Shown here: piece by piece, positions 1-9,924 of the stretch | Layout: every line of letters begins with the position of its first letter | Numbering within the stretch: the stretch's first letter is position 1 | Notes under the pieces: generated by a model | Told to the model about the DNA's origin: nothing | Database searches by the model: none | Seen by the model: only the letters and a program-made list of their open reading frames with translations | Translations under genes and position numbers: made by a program | Assembly (NCBI GenBank): GCA_963667465.2 | Contig: CAXXDN010000002.1 | Coordinates: forward strand, 864,001 to 928,000 | Direction: 5' to 3' | From: Dehalococcoidia bacterium | GTDB taxonomy: Bacteria > Chloroflexota > Dehalococcoidia > UBA2979 | DNA: 64,000 bases

Positions 1-1
1 C

Positions 2-1081
2 TGCCTGGACCTCAAGTCTGAGGACGGCCAGGCGATCGTCGCGAAGCTGATCGAGGGCGCCGACGTGCTGATCCACAACTACCGCCCTGGCGTCCCCGAG
101 CGACTCGGGATTGGCTACGAGCTGGCGAACGCGCTCAACCCCGGCATCGTGCACGTCTCCGTCAACGGCTACGGGCCGCACGGTCCCAGCGCCGAACGTC
201 CCTCGGCGCATCCCGTGCCCGGGGCGGTGGTCGGCGGCGCGCTACAGCAGGCGGGCTCGGGGATGCCGCCCGCGCACTGCGAGGACATCGACGAGCTTCG
301 CGAGGCGGCCCGCTGGCTGTTTCGCTCCAACGAGGCCAACCCTGACCCGAACACCTCGATGGTGGTGGCGTCGGCGGCACTGCTCGGGCTCTACGCACGG
401 CGGCGCACGGGCCGCGGGCAGCAGATCTTCGTCAGCATGCTCGGTGCGAACGCCTACGCCAACGCCGACGCCTTCGTCGACTACGCGGGCGCGCGGCCGC
501 GCCAACCGCTGGATGCCGGGTTGCACGGCCCCGGCCCGCTCTACCGCCTCTACGAGGCGCGAACGGGCTGGGTCTTCCTCGCCGCCACCACCGACGAGGA
601 GTGGGCGCGGCTTTGCGGCGTCCTCGATGGCGCCGGGGGCTCGCTGGCGGCGGATCCGCGCTTCGCCTCGGCCGCGGCGCGTGAGGAGAATGCGGACGCG
701 CTGGCCGACGTGCTCGCCACGTGCTTCGCGGAGCGCGGCGCCGACGACTGGGAGGACGCGCTGATCGCCGTGGATGTGGGCTGCGTGCGGGCGGACAGCT
801 GCGGCCCGGGAGAGTTCTTCCTCGACGACCCGCACATGAGCGAGAACGGCTTCACCACCACGGCGGACCACGCCGTCTGGGGCGAGTACCAGCGCTGGGG
901 GCCGCTCGTCTCCTGCACGGAGACGCCCGGCCGCTACGGCCCGGGCGTCCTCGCCGGACAGCACACAGACGAGATCCTCGAAGAACTCGGCTACGGCGCT
1001 CAGGAGATCGCGGACCTGCGCGAGCGCGGCATCGCCTGGTCCGCCGACGTGGCGCCGATCGAGACGCTGCTGCCGGACTAG
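2..1081 (+). CDS. CoA-transferase family III (CaiB/BaiF), 5'-truncated by the window edge
   Basis: Frame is open from base 2 (CLDLKSEDGQAIVAKLIEGADVLIHNYRPGVPERLGIGY, the typical LDLK...NxRPG motif); NPDPNT and GQHTDEILEELG C-terminal motif; close paralog of 9925-12396. Confidence 0.9.
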   Translation, partial: CLDLKSEDGQAIVAKLIEGADVLIHNYRPGVPERLGIGYELANALNPGIVHVSVNGYGPHGPSAERPSAHPVPGAVVGGALQQAGSGMPPAHCEDIDELREAARWLFRSNEANPDPNTSMVVASAALLGLYARRRTGRGQQIFVSMLGANAYANADAFVDYAGARPRQPLDAGLHGPGPLYRLYEARTGWVFLAATTDEEWARLCGVLDGAGGSLAADPRFASAAAREENADALADVLATCFAERGADDWEDALIAVDVGCVRADSCGPGEFFLDDPHMSENGFTTTADHAVWGEYQRWGPLVSCTETPGRYGPGVLAGQHTDEILEELGYGAQEIADLRERGIAWSADVAPIETLLPD

Positions 1082-1123
1082 GCTTCGCCGGAGATTGCCG
1101 CAACGCGGCGGGAGGAGCGATCG

Positions 1124-1924
1124 ATGACGGACTGGGGACCGTTCAGCCTCAACGGCAGGAACGCGATCGTGACCGGCGGGGCGCGCGGCATCGGCCGCGG
1201 CATCGTCGAGCGCTTCCTCGAGGCCGGCGCGAACGTGCTGATCGCCGACATCGACGGCGACTGGGCGGAGCGCACGGCGGGCGAGCTCGCCACCGGGGGC
1301 CCGGGTAGCGGCAAGGTCGTCGCGATGCGGCTGGACGTGACGGAGGACGCCGCCGGTGAGGAGCTCGCGAGCCGCGCTGTCGCCGAACTGGGCTCAATCG
1401 ACATCCTCGTCAACAACGCCGGGGTCTTTCCGGTGGCGCCGATGCTGGAGATGCCGCACGAGCAGTTCGACCTGATCTACCAGGTGAACTCGCGCGGGTT
1501 GGCCTACTGCTCGCAGGGTGTGGGGCGGCGGATGGTCGAGCAGGGCACCGGCGGGGCGATCATCAACCTCGCCTCGGTCGACGGGTTCCGGCCTTCGTTC
1601 GTCGGCCTCGCCGCGTACAACATGGCGAAGGGCGGCGTCGTGATGTTCACGAAGGCGCTCGCGCTCGAACTCGCGCCGCATCGGATCCGCGTCAACGCGA
1701 TCGCGCCCGGGGGCATCAGCACCGAGGGCACGGCCGAGTTGCGGGAGGGTCTGAGCGAGGCCGACAAGGACCGCATGGCTGCGGGACCGACGCGCACGAT
1801 CCCGCTCGGCAGCCGGTCCGGTCCGGACGAGATCGCGAAGGCCGCAGTCTTCCTCGCCTCGGACGGATCGAGCTTCGTGACCGGGGAGACGCTCGTCGTC
1901 GACGGCGGCTTCCTGCTCGGCTGA
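1124..1924 (+). CDS. SDR family NAD(P)-dependent oxidoreductase
   Basis: TGGARGIG, NNAG, YNMAK (YxxxK), VDGG; GGAG upstream. Confidence 0.95.
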   Translation: MTDWGPFSLNGRNAIVTGGARGIGRGIVERFLEAGANVLIADIDGDWAERTAGELATGGPGSGKVVAMRLDVTEDAAGEELASRAVAELGSIDILVNNAGVFPVAPMLEMPHEQFDLIYQVNSRGLAYCSQGVGRRMVEQGTGGAIINLASVDGFRPSFVGLAAYNMAKGGVVMFTKALALELAPHRIRVNAIAPGGISTEGTAELREGLSEADKDRMAAGPTRTIPLGSRSGPDEIAKAAVFLASDGSSFVTGETLVVDGGFLLG

Positions 1925-1988
1925 TCACAAGGCGGGCAGCGGCTAGGCTCGGCTGGCTGACGGCGCCCGCGACTGAGAGGGACCGACA

Positions 1989-3293
1989 ATGAGATTCGGC
2001 ACGCTGCTGGAACTGCAATACCCGCGACCATGGCCCGAGGACGGCGAGCGCCAGTTCTTCCAGAACGTCCTCGAACAGGTCGAACTGACCGACCAGCTCG
2101 GCTACCACTCCGTGTGGGAGGTGGAGCACCACTTCCTCGAGGAGTACGCGCACTCCTCGTCTCCCGAGGTCTTCCTCGCAGCGATCTCGCAGCGCACCAG
2201 GAACCTGCGGCTCGGGCACGGCATCGTGCTGATGCCGCCCGGCTACAACCAGACGGCGCGTGTCGCCGAGCGCATCGCGACGCTCGACCTCGTCTCAAAC
2301 GGTCGCGTCGAGTTCGGGACGGGCGAGTCCTCCTCGCGCGCGGAGCTCGAGGGTTACGGCGTGCCGCTCGAGGAGAAGCGGCAGCAGTGGCTGGAGTGCA
2401 CCGAGCAGGTCGCGAACATGCTTGCGCTGGACCCCTACCCCGGCTACGAGGGCCGCTACCTCTCCATGCCGACGCGCAACGTGGTGCCGAAGACCGTCCA
2501 GAAGCCGCACCCGCCGATGTGGATGGCCTGCTCCAACCACGAGCAGATCAAGCTCGCGGCGCACCTCGGACTGGGCGCGCTCGGTTTCGCGCTCGTCGAC
2601 GCGAAGACGGCGAAGGGCTGGATCGACGAGTACTACGAGATCATCAAGACCGAGTGCGTGCCGATCGGACACACGGTCAACGCGAACATCGCGCTGACCT
2701 CGCCGCTCTCGCTGGACGCGGACGAGGAGGCGGCGCGCGAGCGCGGCTTCAAGGGCCGCTACTTCTTCACCTTCGCCAGCAACCACCACTACGTGGACGG
2801 GATCCACAAGCCCGGCCGCACCGACATCTGGGAGCAGTACGAGCAGGCCTGGCCGATCCTCCGCCAGTCGTTCGAGGGCTACGGCGCGCCCAGCACCGTC
2901 GGCACGCCCGACCAGGCGCGCAAGATGATGCAGATCTACGAGGACATGGGCTGCGACGAGGTCCTGTTCATGGCGCAGATGGGCAAGATCGCCCACGAGG
3001 ACATCTGCGCGTCGCTGCGCATCTTCGCCGACGAGGTCATGCCCGAGTTCCAGGAGCGCGAGGTAGAGAAGCAGCAGCGCAAGGAAGAAGAGCTCGCCCC
3101 GTACATCGAGGCCGCCCTCGCCCGCAAGGAGTGGATGCAGCCGCTCGCCGACGACGACATCCCGACCTACGAGGCGTACAAGCGCCACGTCGCCCGGGCC
3201 GGCGAGGCCGAGGCCGGCGAGGTGGACGAGGACCACTGGGTCGCCGCCATCGACCGCCTGATGCGGCGCTCCGGCGCAAAGCCGAACGTCTAG
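1989..3293 (+). CDS. LLM-class (luciferase-like) flavin-dependent oxidoreductase
   Basis: VWEVEHHF, PEVFLAAISQRT, RVAERIATLDLVSNGRVEFGTG, PHPPMW; the stop codon lies within the IS481 target duplication. Confidence 0.92.
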   Translation: MRFGTLLELQYPRPWPEDGERQFFQNVLEQVELTDQLGYHSVWEVEHHFLEEYAHSSSPEVFLAAISQRTRNLRLGHGIVLMPPGYNQTARVAERIATLDLVSNGRVEFGTGESSSRAELEGYGVPLEEKRQQWLECTEQVANMLALDPYPGYEGRYLSMPTRNVVPKTVQKPHPPMWMACSNHEQIKLAAHLGLGALGFALVDAKTAKGWIDEYYEIIKTECVPIGHTVNANIALTSPLSLDADEEAARERGFKGRYFFTFASNHHYVDGIHKPGRTDIWEQYEQAWPILRQSFEGYGAPSTVGTPDQARKMMQIYEDMGCDEVLFMAQMGKIAHEDICASLRIFADEVMPEFQEREVEKQQRKEEELAPYIEAALARKEWMQPLADDDIPTYEAYKRHVARAGEAEAGEVDEDHWVAAIDRLMRRSGAKPNV

Positions 3294-3294
3294 G

Positions 3295-4330
3295 TGTAGT
3301 TCCCACGTAGGTTGTTGCAGGTGAGGGGCCCCGCCTGCTGCTGTGTGTGTGTCTGAAGAACGCACCAGTAGCAGGAGAGGAGCCTCTCGTGGCACATCCT
3401 AACGCGCGTCTGACTCCGGCCACCCGGCTGGAGATGGTTCTGGAGGTCGAGGCCCGCTGGTCGCAGGCGGAGGTTGCGCGGCGCTTCCGGGTTTCTCGTG
3501 CGACGGTCGGCAAGTGGTGGCGCCGCTACCACGAGGAGGGCGCGGCCGGACTCGAGGACCGCACCTCCGCTCCGCGCTCGAATCCGCGCCGCACCTCGCC
3601 GCAGCTGGAGTCCCGCATCTGCGCGGTGCGCCGCAGCCAGGGGTTCGGGCCGCACCGCATCGCCTGGGCGCTCGGGATCGCCCGCTCCACCGCCTACGCC
3701 GTGCTCCGCCGCTTCGGTCTCAACCGTCTCGACCGCCTGCACCGCGTGAGCAGGCAGAAGCTGCGCTACGAGCACCCCGCCCCCGGCGACCTGCTGCACA
3801 TCGACGTGAAAAAGCTGGGCCGCATCCCCGATGGCGGCGGACACCGCGTCCGTGGCCGCTCCGCGGCGACCCCGCGCACGCGCGGCCTCGACTACCTCCA
3901 CGTCGCCGTCGACGACCACAGCCGCTACGCCTACGTCGCCGTGCTGCCCGACGAGCGCGGCGCGAGCTGCGCCGCCTTCCTCAAGCAGGCGCTCGCCGCG
4001 TTCGGCCGCCGCGGCGTGCGCGTGCGCGGCGTGCTCACCGACAACGCGCAGGCGTACACCGTCTCCGGCGACTTCCGCGGCGTGGCCGCCGCCGCAGGAG
4101 TGGAACTGCGTCACACCCGGCCCTACCGCCCGCAAACGAACGGGAAGGCCGAGCGCTTCATCCAGATCCTGCAGAACGAGTGGGCCTACGCCCGCCCCTA
4201 CCGCTCCAACGCCGAGCGGTTGCACCAGCTCCCGCGCTGGCTCTACCGCTACAATGCTCGCCGGCCACACGGCGGCATCGGCGGGGCTGTCCCCGCCTCA
4301 CGCCTGTAAACAACGCTCGTGGGAAGAACA
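3295..4330 (+). mobile_element. IS481-family insertion sequence (1036 bp) with 6-bp target-site duplication TCTAGG
   Basis: Left end TGTAGTTCCCACGTAGGTTGTTGCAGG; reverse complement of right end TGTTCTTCCCACGAGCGTTGTTTACAGG; TCTAGG at 3289-3294 and 4331-4336. Confidence 0.95.
3389..4309 (+). CDS. IS481-family DDE transposase
   Basis: GTG start giving MAHPNARLT (IS481-like N-terminus), HTH, LHIDVKKLG, VDDHSR, LTDN, PQTNGKAERF, YNARRPHGG. Confidence 0.95.
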   Translation: MAHPNARLTPATRLEMVLEVEARWSQAEVARRFRVSRATVGKWWRRYHEEGAAGLEDRTSAPRSNPRRTSPQLESRICAVRRSQGFGPHRIAWALGIARSTAYAVLRRFGLNRLDRLHRVSRQKLRYEHPAPGDLLHIDVKKLGRIPDGGGHRVRGRSAATPRTRGLDYLHVAVDDHSRYAYVAVLPDERGASCAAFLKQALAAFGRRGVRVRGVLTDNAQAYTVSGDFRGVAAAAGVELRHTRPYRPQTNGKAERFIQILQNEWAYARPYRSNAERLHQLPRWLYRYNARRPHGGIGGAVPASRL

Positions 4331-4357
4331 TCTAGGCGGGCGAACCGGGAGGATCCG

Positions 4358-5206
4358 ATGGGCGAGGTCTACCGACGCAACATCGGCGCCGTCGCGCTGA
4401 CCGCGCTGCAGGACGGGCACGCCCGCTGGGCGCCGGGCGACATCCTCCGCCCCGAGGTCGAAGCCGACTTCGCCCCCTACCAGCACCTGATCGACGAGGA
4501 CGGTACGACCCAGCTGAGCATGACTGTCTACCTGCTGGAATCGCAGGGTGTGCGCGTGCTCGCCGACAGCGGCATCGCGGACCAGCCCATGGGCCGCCAC
4601 GACATGGACGAGCACTCGCAGCTGCCCTTGCTGCTCGACCAGGAGGGGATCGACCCTGCCTCGGTTGACTTTGTCGTGCACACGCACCTGCACTTCGACC
4701 ACGTCGGCTGGAACACGCGGCCGGAGGGCGATGGCTGGATCCCGATGTTCCCGAACGCCAGGCACATCATCCAGCGGCCCGACTGGGAGCATTGGGTGGA
4801 CACGGATCGCGGCTTCCCCGGCCCAGTCCTCGAGCGCAGCATCCGCCCGCTCGAGGCGGCCTCGATGATCGAGTTGGTCGAGGGGTACCGGGCGCTGACG
4901 CCGGAGATCTCGGTGGCCGCCGCCTACGGCCACACGCCAGGCCACCAGGTGGTGCGGATCGCGAGCGCGGGCGAGGGGGCCTACATCCTCGGCGACTCTT
5001 GCCACATCGCCATGCAGGTCTGCGAGACCGAGTGGTCGGACCGCGCCGACGTCGACCACGAGCAGGGCAACCGCTCGCGCGCCGCGATCATGGAGCGCGT
5101 CGACGCGGAAGGCGCACTGGTGATCGGCGGCCACTTCCGCTTCCCCGGCCTCGGCCGCCGCGTCCCCCGCGACGGGCGCTGGATGTATGTCCCGCTCGAG
5201 GACTGA
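4358..5206 (+). CDS. MBL-fold metallo-hydrolase (AHL-lactonase/YtnP-like)
   Basis: HTHLHFDHVGWN (HxHxDH), GHTPGH, LGD, GGHF; GGAGG upstream of ATG 4358. Confidence 0.9.
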   Translation: MGEVYRRNIGAVALTALQDGHARWAPGDILRPEVEADFAPYQHLIDEDGTTQLSMTVYLLESQGVRVLADSGIADQPMGRHDMDEHSQLPLLLDQEGIDPASVDFVVHTHLHFDHVGWNTRPEGDGWIPMFPNARHIIQRPDWEHWVDTDRGFPGPVLERSIRPLEAASMIELVEGYRALTPEISVAAAYGHTPGHQVVRIASAGEGAYILGDSCHIAMQVCETEWSDRADVDHEQGNRSRAAIMERVDAEGALVIGGHFRFPGLGRRVPRDGRWMYVPLED

Positions 5207-5867
5207 CACTGCACCCGACTCCGCACCACGACCCACGCCGACACGACCGAGCGGCATCATCCTCGCCGGAGGTGGCTCGCGACGCATGGGGAGTGACAAG
5301 TGCGCGCTCGAGGTCGGCGGCCGAACGCTGATCCAGCGCGTCGTCGACGCCCTCGACGAGGTCGCGGGCGAGATCATCGTGGTGCACGCGCCGGGCGAGC
5401 TGCCACCGGACGTGCGCAGCCGCCTGCCGCTGCGCCTCGTCGCCGACCCGTTCGAGGACGCCGGACCGCTGGTCGCGATCGCCGAGGGCCTCGACGCCGC
5501 CTCGGCCCCCGTCGCGATCGCCGTGGGCTGCGACGCGCCGCAGCTCGAGCCGGCGCTGCTGCGCCTGCTCGGCGAGTGGGCGCAGGCCGGCAGCTCGCTT
5601 GTCGCGCCGCTGCACGAGGGCGTCCCGCAGTGGCTCTGCGCCGCCTGGCGTCGCGACGCCCTCCCCGCCCTGCGCGAGCGCATCACCGCGGGCGACCGCG
5701 CCCTGCACGATGCCGCAGAGGCGCTCGAGGCTGCCCTGCTGCCACCCGCGGCCTACGCTCACCTCGATCGAGCGGGAAACTCGTTCCTCAACGTGAACAC
5801 GCCGGAGCAACTCGCCGAGGCTCGCGAGGCGGTGCGTCAGTCGACGAGGCGGTCCGCGCCCACGTAG
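5187..5867 (+). CDS. mobA: Molybdenum cofactor guanylyltransferase
   Basis: IILAGGGSRRMGSDK, GPL, GCDAP, FLNVNTPE. Confidence 0.88.
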   Translation: MSRSRTDTAPDSAPRPTPTRPSGIILAGGGSRRMGSDKCALEVGGRTLIQRVVDALDEVAGEIIVVHAPGELPPDVRSRLPLRLVADPFEDAGPLVAIAEGLDAASAPVAIAVGCDAPQLEPALLRLLGEWAQAGSSLVAPLHEGVPQWLCAAWRRDALPALRERITAGDRALHDAAEALEAALLPPAAYAHLDRAGNSFLNVNTPEQLAEAREAVRQSTRRSAPT

Positions 5868-6664
5868 ACGTTGTAGTCGCCTTCGCGCGCGAAGCCGACG
5901 AGCAGCAGGCCCAGCTCCCGCGCGAGATCGACGGCGAGCGAGCTGGGCGCCGAGACGCCAACCACACCGGTCAGCCGCGCCATCGCGGCCTTCTGCACGA
6001 TCTCGAAGCTCTGTCGCCCCGAAACCACGAGGAGCGCAGGTGGCCTCGGACTCCTCGCCTCGGCGGCTTTCCGCGCAAATGCACCGATTGCCTTGTCGAC
6101 CGCGTTATGTCGCCCCACGTCCTCTCGCACCACCAACGCCACGCCGTCGAATCCGAAGACCCCGGCAGCATGCAGCCCGCCCGTCGCGTCGAACGCCGGC
6201 TGGTGCGTACGCAGCTCGCTGGTGAGTTGCGCGATCACCGCGGAGGGCACTTCGATCGGTTCGGCTGCGGGCGCGTGCAGCATCACCGCCTCGATTGAGG
6301 CCTTGCCACAGACGCCGCAGGAGCTGGACGTGAACATGCTGCGCCGGAACTGCTCGGGATCGATCGCCACACCGGCGGCAAGACGGGCGTCCGCCCGCCC
6401 CTCCCCGTCCAGCTCCACCGCGGCGATCTCCTCGATGCGTAGCACGATGCCCTCGCTGAGCAGGAAGCCGCGCACCAGGTCGTCGTCGTCGCCCGGCGTG
6501 CGCATCACCACCGCGATCGACTCGCCCTCGATGGCGATCTCGAGCGGCTCCTCGGCCGCGACCGCGTCGAGCGCGACCCGCGTCGCGCCGCCCTCGCGGC
6601 GCTCGACGGCAACCTCGACCGTGCGAGGATCGGCCGGGGCGCTGCCGGGCTCGGGCGTGGGCAT
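5837..6664 (-). CDS. fdhD: Formate dehydrogenase accessory sulfurtransferase
   Basis: EEPLEI, MRTPG, SSSCGVCGK, FDATGGLHAA, EDVGRHNAVDK, VSAPSSLA. Confidence 0.93.
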   Translation of the reverse strand: MPTPEPGSAPADPRTVEVAVERREGGATRVALDAVAAEEPLEIAIEGESIAVVMRTPGDDDDLVRGFLLSEGIVLRIEEIAAVELDGEGRADARLAAGVAIDPEQFRRSMFTSSSCGVCGKASIEAVMLHAPAAEPIEVPSAVIAQLTSELRTHQPAFDATGGLHAAGVFGFDGVALVVREDVGRHNAVDKAIGAFARKAAEARSPRPPALLVVSGRQSFEIVQKAAMARLTGVVGVSAPSSLAVDLARELGLLLVGFAREGDYNVYVGADRLVD

Positions 6665-6809
6665 CGCGGGCGCTCCTTCGCTGCTGCGGGGCGGCTCACG
6701 GCAGGGTATACCGGCGACGCTCGCGTGGTGCGTCGCGCGTTCGGGTGCGGCAGGCTAGCGTACGGCTGCACGGTTGCGCAGCGACGCGCCGAGTCGGCTC
6801 AGGTGGGCG

Positions 6810-8633
6810 ATGGAAACCGCAGCGATCTCGGCCCTCGGCGTCATCGGTTTCGCCGTCGCCGTCACGAATCAGCTCGCGCGACGGCTGCTGATCCCGCCGA
6901 TCCTGCTCTACCTCATCATCGGCGTCCTCGCAGGACCGTCCGTGTTGGGCGTGTTCAGCCCCGACGCGCTGCACGAGATCTTCCCGCTCGCGCTCGAGGT
7001 GCTCGTCGCCCTGCTGGTCTTCGAGGGCGCGTTCGCGATCGACGTCCAGTTCCTGCGGCGGGTCGGCGCGGTGGTGCGCAACCTGCTGACGGTTGGGCTG
7101 CTCGTCACGTTCCTCATGGGAACGCTGCTGGCGGGGCTGCTCGAGGTGCTGCCCTGGCGGACGGCGTTCCTGTTCGGCGCGCTGGTCTCCGTCACAGGGC
7201 CGACCGTGATCGGGCCGCTCGTGCGCTCGGTCCGGCTCAACGACCACGTGCGCGCGGTACTGCTCGGCGAGGGCGTGCTGATCGACCCGCTGGGGGCGAT
7301 CCTCGCGGTGGTCGTGCTCCAGTTCGTGCTCTCCGGCCTGCACGCCGAGCCGTTCCTCTGGGTGCCCTCGCGGCTGATCGGCGGCGTGGCCATCGGGCTG
7401 CTCGGCGTGCTGATCGTCCGAGGGGTCATCCGCATCAATCGCGACCCCTCGCCGACGGAGATGACGCTGCTGCTGCTCGGTGTGAGCGCCGGCATCCTCG
7501 CGCTCTCCGAGCGCCTGCTCCCGGACTCCGGCCTGACCGCGATGGCGACGATGGGCGTCGTGCTCGCCTCCGCCGACCTGCCCCACCGCGACGTGGTGCG
7601 GTCGTTCGAGGACGAGTTGTCGCGCATCCTGCTCGCCGCGGTCTACATCCTCGCGGCGGCGACGCTCGACCTCGGGCTGCTGCGTGCGCTCTGGCCGAAC
7701 GGCGTGTTGGTCGTGCTCGGGCTGATGGTGATCGTGCGCCCGCTCGCGGTCGCGCTCTGCTCGCTGCGCTCCGACCTGCGACTACGCGAGCGGCTCTACA
7801 TCGCCGCGATCGCGCCTCGTGGGGTCGTGGCGGTGGCGCTCGCCGCCTTCGCGGGCGAGGCGCTCGGCGAGGAGCTATTCGGGCCCGAACTGACGGCGCT
7901 CGTGTTCCTTACTGTCGCCCTCACCGTTGCCGTACAGTCGAGTTATGCCGCGCCGCTGGCGCGGCTGTTGGAGGTGCGTTCGATGCGTGCACTGATTGCC
8001 GGCGCCGGGAAGGTGTCGAGGCGGATCGCCCAGCAACTGCACGCCGGCGGCTTCGACGTCGTGCTGATCGACCCGAACAAGGACGCTGTCGCCCGCGCCC
8101 GCGAGGACGGCCTCGACGCCGAGCTTGGCGACGCCTCGAACGTGGCGCTCCTGCGCAAGCTTGGCGGCGGCGACGCGTCGCTTGCCGTCGGCGCCTCGAA
8201 CAGCGACGAGACGAACCTGCTGTTCTGCCAGTACGTGCGCGCCGAGAATCCGGAGGTGACCGCCTTCGCGCGCGTCGAGCAGTCGGACGCCGTCGAGGCG
8301 TTCCGCCGCTCCGGCATCGCGACCATCGGCGCGGACGAAGCGGTGGCGGACGCGCTGATGGCGGTGATCGGGCAGCCGGTGCTGCAGGAGGCGCTCGCCC
8401 CCGGCGGCGAGGACCGTCTGACGGTCGAGTTCGTCGTCGGCTCCGGCCTCGACGGCCGCCGCATCCGCGACCTGCAACTCCCGCAGCGCGTGCTTGTCCT
8501 CCTCGTGCGGCGCGCCAGCGAGGACGTCGTCCCGCACGGCGAGACAGTGCTGCAGCGCGGCAACCGGCTGCTGCTCTTCGGCGGCGCCGCCGCCGTCGCC
8601 GAGGCCCGCCAGCGCCTCGCGCTTATCGAGTAA
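6810..8633 (+). CDS. Cation:proton antiporter (NhaP/CPA1-like) with TrkA-N and TrkA-C domains
   Basis: About 12 TM segments with VTGPTVI, EGVLIDPLG and PRGVVA motifs, followed by a Rossmann RCK_N (IAGAGKV) and an RCK_C domain. Confidence 0.88.
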   Translation: METAAISALGVIGFAVAVTNQLARRLLIPPILLYLIIGVLAGPSVLGVFSPDALHEIFPLALEVLVALLVFEGAFAIDVQFLRRVGAVVRNLLTVGLLVTFLMGTLLAGLLEVLPWRTAFLFGALVSVTGPTVIGPLVRSVRLNDHVRAVLLGEGVLIDPLGAILAVVVLQFVLSGLHAEPFLWVPSRLIGGVAIGLLGVLIVRGVIRINRDPSPTEMTLLLLGVSAGILALSERLLPDSGLTAMATMGVVLASADLPHRDVVRSFEDELSRILLAAVYILAAATLDLGLLRALWPNGVLVVLGLMVIVRPLAVALCSLRSDLRLRERLYIAAIAPRGVVAVALAAFAGEALGEELFGPELTALVFLTVALTVAVQSSYAAPLARLLEVRSMRALIAGAGKVSRRIAQQLHAGGFDVVLIDPNKDAVARAREDGLDAELGDASNVALLRKLGGGDASLAVGASNSDETNLLFCQYVRAENPEVTAFARVEQSDAVEAFRRSGIATIGADEAVADALMAVIGQPVLQEALAPGGEDRLTVEFVVGSGLDGRRIRDLQLPQRVLVLLVRRASEDVVPHGETVLQRGNRLLLFGGAAAVAEARQRLALIE

Positions 8634-8661
8634 GGCGGGCGGCCTGGCGGGACGATGCCCG

Positions 8662-9816
8662 CTACTGCGCGACGAACGACGTCTTCTGCCCGTTCACCCG
8701 CACCTCGTACTCCGCGCCCGGCTCGAAGTCGGAGCCAAGGGGGGCGATCGTCTCTACCGAGGGGTAGTCGGCGGTGCAGATGACGAGTTGGTCGGCGACC
8801 TCGTGGTGCGTGACGAGGACCTCGATCCGGTTGGCTTCCTCGCGCCGGATCTCATAGCCGTTGAACCGGGAGCAGCCGCTACCCTTCGGCAGGCCCGAGA
8901 CGATGCGCAACTGGTACTGCGGCGGGTGGCTCTCGAGGATAGCGACCTCGACACGCTCGATCGGTGACTCGGCGATGATGCTGTACGGGAAGTCGGGTCG
9001 CGGGAGGGTGAAGCTGGTGACCAGCTGGTCGTTGACGATCACGCGGTAGCGCTCACCGGGCTCGAGCGGCTCCGCGAGGTGCAGCACGGTGTCCTGCACC
9101 ATCACCTCCGCGTCGCAGTCGATCGCCCACGGGGTGGGCGGCGGCTGCATCAGCGTCACGCGAGCGCGGATCACGCCGCCCTCGACCTCGATCGTCTCGT
9201 TGCCGAGCCCTGAGCAGCCCTCGACGAGCGTCCGCACGTACTCGACGCGCAGGTACGGCTCCGGCTCGTTCGGGATCAGGTTGGCGCGGACGACCGACAC
9301 CGGGGTCTCGACCCGGGTGCGCCAGTCCGTTCCTTCGTCGACGAGATTCGGGGGCGGCTGCACCAGCACGAGGAGCATGTCCACTTTGCTCGGCCTGCCG
9401 CGGGTGATGACGTCGTAGGCCGTGTCGTTGGTGAAGGCGAGGCGGCCATCCGACTCGATGATGCGGGCGCTTACGGAGTACGTGTTGCGGGACTCGATGT
9501 CCTCGCGGCTGTACTCGACCTTGAAGCGGATTGGGACCTGGCCCGGGTCGGAGATGGTCTGGCGCGCGATCAACTCTGCCGAGGTGTCCTGGTATGAGGT
9601 GTCCCGCAGTTCGACGACGAGCATCGCGCCGGGAGTGAGCGCGATCCGTTCGCGGTAGGTGACCGTGCCGCTAACCGAAGCGTTCGGCTCGCGGCCCGAG
9701 GGGATCTCGATCGTCGCGTTCTCCGGCTGCTGCTCGCTCTGACAGCCGACGACGGCCATGAGGCCGAGCCAGCCTCCGACCAGGTACAGCAGCGCAGTCT
9801 TAACTATCGCCGCCAT
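8662..9816 (-). CDS. YbaY-family lipoprotein with two additional C-terminal Cys-containing repeat domains
   Basis: Lipobox VVG-C; VSGTVTYRERIALTPGA...GQVPIRF YbaY motif; GGAGG upstream of ATG 9816. Confidence 0.8.
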   Translation of the reverse strand: MAAIVKTALLYLVGGWLGLMAVVGCQSEQQPENATIEIPSGREPNASVSGTVTYRERIALTPGAMLVVELRDTSYQDTSAELIARQTISDPGQVPIRFKVEYSREDIESRNTYSVSARIIESDGRLAFTNDTAYDVITRGRPSKVDMLLVLVQPPPNLVDEGTDWRTRVETPVSVVRANLIPNEPEPYLRVEYVRTLVEGCSGLGNETIEVEGGVIRARVTLMQPPPTPWAIDCDAEVMVQDTVLHLAEPLEPGERYRVIVNDQLVTSFTLPRPDFPYSIIAESPIERVEVAILESHPPQYQLRIVSGLPKGSGCSRFNGYEIRREEANRIEVLVTHHEVADQLVICTADYPSVETIAPLGSDFEPGAEYEVRVNGQKTSFVAQ

Positions 9817-9924
9817 TCGAGCGACCTCCGGGATGGCTCCAGATCCGAGCTTTGCCGTCAAGATCCAGACGCTGGCGGTCGCGCGTTTGTTCCCGCATCC
9901 GAGGCCAGGCGGGCAGGTCAGTGG

